Notes under the pieces: generated by a model | The model's input: only the letters and a program-made list of their open reading frames with translations | What the model was told of the DNA's origin: nothing | Databases searched by the model: none | Part shown: positions 58,850 through 64,000 of the stretch, piece by piece | Layout: every line of letters begins with the position of its first letter | How positions within the stretch are numbered: position 1 is the first letter of the stretch | Made by a program: the position numbers and the translations under genes | Origin: an uncultured Chloroflexia bacterium | Lineage (GTDB): Bacteria > Chloroflexota > Limnocylindria > QHBO01 | Direction of reading: 5' to 3' | DNA: 64,000 nt | NCBI GenBank assembly: GCA_963699235.1 | Contig: OY969424.1 | Span: forward strand, 887,898-951,897

Positions 58850-60016
58850 ATGCAGGACCTTCGGCCCCGACGTCTGCTCAACGCCGCGCTGGCGGGCACC
58901 CTGCTGACGGTGGCGGCGGCGACGTATGCGGTTGCCGACGACGTCCCGGTCGGACCCGCCGCCCACCAGGCCGGCAGTCTGCTGCCCGAGGCCCCGCCGA
59001 TGCCGCCAGAGTACGGACGCGACATGGCGGGCTCACCGTCACATGCTCCGACGCGCGGTAGCTCACCGGTCCGGACCCAGATCGGGCCGTGGCTCGAGGA
59101 ATCGCTCGACGATGCAACCGCGCCACCGACGCCAGAGCCCTCCTTCGAGGACTGGCCCACCCGCGCCGAGATGCCCCCCGCCGGCGAGTCGCCGGCCCCG
59201 ACCGAATCGGAAGGTGCGACCCCGGAGTCGCCGCCGGAGGTCGCCGCCCAACCGGAGCCCCCGCCCCCGACCGTCATGAACGCGAGCTGCGCGGCGGTTC
59301 CCGGCGAGCCGGCCGGATGGACCCGCCGCGTGACCTCCACCTTCGACGAGACCACCCCGCTCGGCGCCTGGCCGGGACCAGTCGCGGCCCAAGCCTGGTT
59401 CGCCCGCCAGGCCGGCGCCAATGACTCGAGCGGCCGCGGCACCTACGACGCCAATCGGACCGTGACCGAGCACGACGGCGTGGTTGACGTCTTTATCCAC
59501 TCGGAGGGCAACGCCCGGTACGTCGCCGCGCTGGTGGCCGCCATCGGCGACACCGTGGGCCAGCGGATCACGATCTGCATGCGGGCCGACCGGATCCCGG
59601 GCTACAAGCTCGCGTTCCTCTTGTGGCCCGGCGATGGAGACGGCAACAGCCGGGGCGAGATCGACTTCCCGGAGGGGAAGCTCGACCCGAGCGGCACCGC
59701 GCACGCCTTCATGCACTACGACCCCAAGCCGGCGGGCGACCCGAACCAGGACGGCTGGGACACGGGCGTTTCCACCGCGGACTGGCACGTGTACACCATC
59801 GAGTGGGACCCTGGCAGCCCGTCCAGCCAGTCGGATGACGTCTGCGCCTTCTACCTGGACGGCCAGCTCATCGGACGGTCAACCGGGGCGCCGGTTCCCG
59901 ACGGGCCGATGCACTACGTGGTGCAGATGGAGACCTATCTCGCGGGGCAGGACCTGCCGGCTCCGGCCTCGGGCCACGTCCTCATCGACTGGATCACGAT
60001 CGCCACCCCGAACTAG
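58850..60016 (+). CDS. Exported GH16/ConA-like glycoside hydrolase (copy 2)
   Basis: GEIDFPEG, WHVYTIEW; C-terminal domain closely paralogous to copy 1. Confidence 0.75.
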   Translation: MQDLRPRRLLNAALAGTLLTVAAATYAVADDVPVGPAAHQAGSLLPEAPPMPPEYGRDMAGSPSHAPTRGSSPVRTQIGPWLEESLDDATAPPTPEPSFEDWPTRAEMPPAGESPAPTESEGATPESPPEVAAQPEPPPPTVMNASCAAVPGEPAGWTRRVTSTFDETTPLGAWPGPVAAQAWFARQAGANDSSGRGTYDANRTVTEHDGVVDVFIHSEGNARYVAALVAAIGDTVGQRITICMRADRIPGYKLAFLLWPGDGDGNSRGEIDFPEGKLDPSGTAHAFMHYDPKPAGDPNQDGWDTGVSTADWHVYTIEWDPGSPSSQSDDVCAFYLDGQLIGRSTGAPVPDGPMHYVVQMETYLAGQDLPAPASGHVLIDWITIATPN

Positions 60017-60600
60017 ACCAGGGACGCCGCCGGAACCTCGTGGTGGAGGCGGCAGCGCGCCTCGTACTTCTCGTCACCCATCCCGCCGACCATGATCAGG
60101 GGAGAGTCGGCCGGGGCCGGCTGACCGTCGATCAGCCGCTGGGTCCGGGTGGCGGGCTCGCCGCAGACCATGCAGATGGCGGTCAGCTTGGTGACCTGAT
60201 CGGCCAGCGCCATGAGCGCCGGCATCGGCCCGAAGGGACCTCCCCGGTAGTCCTGGTCCAGCCCGGTGACGACGACCTGCTTGCCGCTGTCCGCCAGCCG
60301 CTCGACGACTGCCGCCAGGCCCTCGTCCCAGAACTGGCCCTCCTCGATGGCCACGATGTCGGCCGTGCCGACCACCGCCTCGATGTCTCCGGATCCGTCC
60401 ACCGTCACCGCCTGGTGCTGGGCCCCCGACCGTGAAACGACCGCCTCCTCGGCGGTCCGGGTGTCCACCCGCGGCTTGACAAGCACCACCTGGCGCCCGG
60501 CGATGGCGAAGCGGCGGAGGAGGCGGAGCATCTCGTCGGTCTTGCCGCAGAACATGCAGCCGCAGATGACGTGGACCCAGCCCGACGTGTAGAACATCAC
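60013..60600 (-). CDS. tdk: Thymidine kinase
   Basis: GCMFCGKT, IEEGQF, GLDQDYRGGPFG, CMVC, YEARCR. Confidence 0.93.
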   Translation of the reverse strand: MMFYTSGWVHVICGCMFCGKTDEMLRLLRRFAIAGRQVVLVKPRVDTRTAEEAVVSRSGAQHQAVTVDGSGDIEAVVGTADIVAIEEGQFWDEGLAAVVERLADSGKQVVVTGLDQDYRGGPFGPMPALMALADQVTKLTAICMVCGEPATRTQRLIDGQPAPADSPLIMVGGMGDEKYEARCRLHHEVPAASLV

Positions 60601-60618
60601 CGCCCGCGTGCCCCCGGC

Positions 60619-61494
60619 TCAGTCGCCGACGACGGCGAGTCCCTCTTCAGGCAGCCCGAGGTGAGTGGCGAGTGCAGTCCGCATGACCTCCGTCGAGGCT
60701 TCTTCCCCGGTCCAGAGCTGGAACGCGGCTGCCTGGGCCACCAGGAACGAGCCCTGCCCGTTGGCCACCGTCCCGCCACGGGCGGCAGCCTCGCGCATGA
60801 GCGGCGTCTCGGCCCGGTTCAGCACCAGGTCGAGGACGAAGAGATCGTGCGCCAGCAGGTCCCCGGGCACCGGCGACTCCTCGGTCTCGGCCCCGATCCC
60901 CGACGCGTTCACCAGGAGTGGCGCCTTCGACAGCTCGGACTCGATGATCGTCTCGTGCCATGGCAGGGCGCGGAGGTCGGTCTGGCGCGCGGCCCGGTCG
61001 AAGTGGGCGACGACTGCCTCGGCGCGATGGAGGTGGCGGTTGAACACTGCGATCCGGCCCAGGCCGGCCTCCAGCAGGACCGATACGACCGCCCGGGCGC
61101 CTCCCCCCGCTCCCAGCACCACCGCCTGGCTGGGCCAGCGCGACGCGCTCTCCGGCAGGATCGACTCCAGGCCGGCGCGCACGCCGGCCGCATCGGTGTT
61201 GTAGCCGTGCAGGCGTCCGTCCCGGTTGACGACGACGTTCACCGCGCCGCTGGCACGGGCCTCATCGGCCAGCAGGCCGATGAGCGAGGCCGCCTTTTCC
61301 TTGTGCGGGGATCCGATCATCGCGCCCAGCACGTCGGCGTTCACGAGCTCGCCCAGGGCCTCGCTCACCTGGTGGGCGCGGCGCTCCCAGCGCTCGATCT
61401 CGACCTCGCGCCCGGCAGCCGCCAGCGCCGCCCGTTGAACCGCTTCCGCGGGGCCGGGGGCAACAGGGGAGCCGATGATGAGTAGGCGCGTCAA
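60619..61494 (-). CDS. Shikimate dehydrogenase-family protein (divergent substrate site)
   Basis: PHKE, GAVN, GYNTD, GAGGGAR, FNR, QAAAFQLWTG. Confidence 0.8.
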   Translation of the reverse strand: MTRLLIIGSPVAPGPAEAVQRAALAAAGREVEIERWERRAHQVSEALGELVNADVLGAMIGSPHKEKAASLIGLLADEARASGAVNVVVNRDGRLHGYNTDAAGVRAGLESILPESASRWPSQAVVLGAGGGARAVVSVLLEAGLGRIAVFNRHLHRAEAVVAHFDRAARQTDLRALPWHETIIESELSKAPLLVNASGIGAETEESPVPGDLLAHDLFVLDLVLNRAETPLMREAAARGGTVANGQGSFLVAQAAAFQLWTGEEASTEVMRTALATHLGLPEEGLAVVGD

Positions 61495-61606
61495 AGGTCG
61501 GTTTCTCGTTCAGAAGCAGTGTCCCGGAAGCCGTCAGCAGGGCACATCGAGCCAACCGGGGAAGGCCGGTTCCAGAGGGGCAGATGCTATCATCGGCGCC
61601 GCTTCC

Positions 61607-61698
61607 GGAGAGGTCGCATAGTGGCCTAGTGCGGCGGTTTGCTAAACCGTTGAAGGGGATTTCCTCTTCCGAGGGTTCGAATCCCTCCCTCTCCGCCA
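61607..61698 (+). tRNA. tRNA-Ser(GCU)
   Basis: Cloverleaf with long variable arm, anticodon GCT, CCA end; TGnTATCAT extended -10 upstream. Confidence 0.95.
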
Positions 61699-61709
61699 GA
61701 ATGTCTCGG

Positions 61710-61785
61710 GTGCCCGTAGCTCAGCGGATAGAGCGTTAGGTTGCGGACCTAAAGGTCGGAGGTTCGAGTCCTCTCGGGCACGCCA
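61710..61785 (+). tRNA. tRNA-Arg(GCG)
   Basis: 76-nt cloverleaf, anticodon arm TTAGG-TTGCGGA-CCTAA, Arg-type D loop, CCA end. Confidence 0.9.
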
Positions 61786-61824
61786 CACGAATCGCCAGCG
61801 GTCACACTGGCGCCGTGGCTCGAG

Positions 61825-62400
61825 ATGCGTAGCACTCCGCTCGAAACGGTGGCGGTCGTCCTGATCGTCGCGCTGAAGTTCGCGCTCCCGCTGCTCATCA
61901 TCCGCTTCCCGTTTGCGGCGGGCTGGGCCAACTTCGCCCTCGACGGCATCGACGGCGACCTCCTTATCCCCCTGGGCCTGTCGAACGACGTCTACCAGCC
62001 GGTGGACAAGATCTCGGACTGGGTCACGTACGTGGCGATCGTCGTCGTCGGGTATCGGAACCAGTGGCCCATCCGGCGGCTAATGCTCGGTCTGTTCCTG
62101 TTCCGCACGGTCGGCCAGGTCGCGTTCCTGCTGACCGATGAGGAGCTCTTCCTCGCATTCTTCCCGAACTTCCTCGAGCCGCTGTTCCTGGTGACCGCGA
62201 CGATCCTGGCCTGGCAGCGGGTCGTCCGCCATAACCCCGATTGGAGGGAGGCCGCGTTCGCCGTCCTGCGCCGCTATCGGTGGCCGATCGGCATCCTGAT
62301 CGTGATCTACAAGCTCCAGGACGAGTACTTCACCCACGTCGCCAACGTCGATCGCAGCGACTTCTTCCAGCAGCTCCTCGAGCGGCTGTCCGGGGGATAG
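61825..62400 (+). CDS. Membrane protein with CDP-alcohol phosphotransferase-like Asp motif
   Basis: TM helices; DGIDG...DKISD. Confidence 0.55.
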   Translation: MRSTPLETVAVVLIVALKFALPLLIIRFPFAAGWANFALDGIDGDLLIPLGLSNDVYQPVDKISDWVTYVAIVVVGYRNQWPIRRLMLGLFLFRTVGQVAFLLTDEELFLAFFPNFLEPLFLVTATILAWQRVVRHNPDWREAAFAVLRRYRWPIGILIVIYKLQDEYFTHVANVDRSDFFQQLLERLSGG

Positions 62401-62401
62401 A

Positions 62402-63010
62402 GTGGCGGTGGAATCCGCGTCGGGGAGAATCGAGTTGAGGCTCGTCGCCGTGACCGCCATCGCGATCCTGCTGGCTGGCTGCGGGGAGACCACGGCAGCT
62501 CCTTCGGCCACGGTGCCCGGCAGCATCGCGCCCGGCCCATTGGGTCCGCCGGGGACATCGACCTGTCGGGAAATCGATCTGCGGCTCTCGAATGGAGATC
62601 CCCTGGACCTGACCGGTACGTGGCTTGGCGACGACGCCTCCTACTGGACGTTCACCCAATTGGATGACTGTGTCTGGGCCACGGCGACGGACCAGTACGG
62701 CCCTTCCGATGGGTCATTTACCTATTGGCAGATCTACTTGCGTGGCACGCTTGCCCACGACTTCACGATCTCCGTCGAGTACGCCTACTCGCCGTACGCT
62801 GATGGCGCCTCCGCCGCCCACTACGGGCATGCGGTCCTGTCCATTGAGTTCCTCGACGCCGACGGCGCTATGACCCTCCGCAAGACAGCCGGGTGCGATG
62901 CTGGGGAGGGCACGGCACCCTGTCCCGCGGGAGAAGGGACGCTCCAGACGACCGTGTGGACTCCCGTCAGCTCAAGAGTCATCCTCCCAGCTCCGACGCC
63001 CGAGCCGTAG
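62402..63010 (+). CDS. Hypothetical lipoprotein
   Basis: Lipobox LLAGC, DLTGTW, beta-rich Cys-containing domain. Confidence 0.6.
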   Translation: MAVESASGRIELRLVAVTAIAILLAGCGETTAAPSATVPGSIAPGPLGPPGTSTCREIDLRLSNGDPLDLTGTWLGDDASYWTFTQLDDCVWATATDQYGPSDGSFTYWQIYLRGTLAHDFTISVEYAYSPYADGASAAHYGHAVLSIEFLDADGAMTLRKTAGCDAGEGTAPCPAGEGTLQTTVWTPVSSRVILPAPTPEP

Positions 63011-63029
63011 TCCTCGTCTGACGTGGGGC

Positions 63030-63800
63030 TCAGTTTGTGACTGGGCCTGCCATGACCGGGTCGCTGGTCGGAGCGGTGACCACCTCCGGCTCGACCGTGA
63101 CCGCGAACACCGCGAATCCGGCCAGGTCCTGCTCGATGGTGGCCACCACCAAGTCGGCGTTCGATTCTTCGATGCTCCCGACCGCGAGCGGGGTCCCGTC
63201 CGCGTCGATGAGCCACATCTCGTACAGCTCACTACCCGGCAGTGACTCGAGGCCAGCGACGAGGAAGGTCGAGCCCGGCCCGGCGGTGTCGATCACATAG
63301 CCCGTTCCCGCCGGACCGCTCACCGGGTAGGCCGGATAGCCACCGGCGATGGCTTCAGCCACCGCGGCCAGCGCCGCGTCACGGGTCTCGAGCTGTGCCC
63401 GGAGCGAGACGTTCCAGATGCCGATCGCCAGGACGCCGACGGCGGCCACCGCCGCGAGTCCGCGCCAGAGGGTGAGGGAGCGCCACCCTGACCATGCTGG
63501 CCGCTCCCGGTCCGTGGTCGTGGTGGCGGGAGTGACCGACTGCTCGCTCTGTGGCTCAGCCGCGATGGTCCGCATGAGGCGGGCGCGTACCGCCGGGTGT
63601 GGCTCCATCGGCTCCAGCGTGGACGCCAGCCCGATGGGCGCTCCGAGCAGGGCTCGGACCTCGTCGTGTGGCTCGGGGCAGGTTGTCAGATGCTCGTCCA
63701 CCGCCGACTGCTCGTCTGGATCGAGGGCCGCCAGCGCCAGGGCACCCGCAAGCTCGTCCACGCGCGCGCAGTCCAGCTGCCTGTCGGGACGGTCGGTCAT
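63030..63800 (-). CDS. Anti-sigma factor, RskA-like
   Basis: HLTTCPE zinc-site remnant, TM helix, YEMWLI, FAVTVEP..APTSDP. Confidence 0.85.
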   Translation of the reverse strand: MTDRPDRQLDCARVDELAGALALAALDPDEQSAVDEHLTTCPEPHDEVRALLGAPIGLASTLEPMEPHPAVRARLMRTIAAEPQSEQSVTPATTTTDRERPAWSGWRSLTLWRGLAAVAAVGVLAIGIWNVSLRAQLETRDAALAAVAEAIAGGYPAYPVSGPAGTGYVIDTAGPGSTFLVAGLESLPGSELYEMWLIDADGTPLAVGSIEESNADLVVATIEQDLAGFAVFAVTVEPEVVTAPTSDPVMAGPVTN

Positions 63801-64000
63801 CGGTCCTGCTCCATGTTGTCCTGCAATCCGCTCCTCAGCTTGGCAAGCCCCAGGCGGAGGCGGCCGCTGGCCGTGCCTTCCGGGACGCCGGTCAGCCGCG
63901 CGATCTCGCGGTAGGTCCGGCCGCCGAAGTATGCGAGTTCGATGGCTTCCCGCTGCTCGGCGGGCAGGGTCTCGAGCACCCCGCGCACCTCGATCGCGGA
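63797..64000 (-). CDS. ECF sigma factor, SigK-like (partial, continues beyond the window)
   Basis: LPAEQREAIELAYFGGRTYREIA..GVPEGTASGRLRLGL; ATGA-coupled to the RskA-like gene. Confidence 0.88.
   Translation of the reverse strand, partial: SAIEVRGVLETLPAEQREAIELAYFGGRTYREIARLTGVPEGTASGRLRLGLAKLRSGLQDNMEQDR

Noticed and set aside
58580-61785. tRNA-anchored integrative element
   Set aside because: No integrase and no duplicated tRNA 3' end (att site) found.
63030-64000. SigK/RskA pair as part of the ECF array
   Set aside because: Different, well-known architecture; it lacks the repeat domain and the shared N-terminal motif.

Overview
A very GC-rich bacterial chromosome segment. Gene content and style suggest Chloroflexota, possibly Ca. 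Limnocylindria-like (inference only). Many single-base frameshifts fall in ordinary and even core genes, which points to long-read indel errors rather than true pseudogenes. Most of the window is housekeeping: peptide and osmoprotectant ABC transporters, a B12 acyl-CoA mutase with MeaB, folE, fatty-acid enzymes, gdh, coaX-coaBC-panC, ndk, lepB, hppA, uppP, greA, class I lysS, serS, tdk and three tRNAs. The stand-out region is 29.7-38.9 kb. It holds a tandem array of three paralogous ECF sigma factors, each coupled to a single-pass membrane protein. These sensors carry two copies of a hypervariable, Cys-looped PsbP/DcrB-like domain. The array also includes a three-copy exported version with no sigma partner and a PD40/TolB-like protein. 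All five units are preceded by related GA(A/T)(C/A)C-N15/16-(G/C)(C/A)NTC promoter motifs whose variants track substitutions in the cognate sigma factors. The three sigma leaders also share a conserved hairpin. Other notable items are a catalytically dead GDH paralogue apparently co-transcribed with an adenylate cyclase and an isobutyryl-CoA mutase, degenerate PanC and AroE homologues, an MshC-like Cys ligase, a multi-module DNA-binding protein, a tRNA-Arg(GCG), a greA leader terminator and an unannotated 36-aa membrane peptide.
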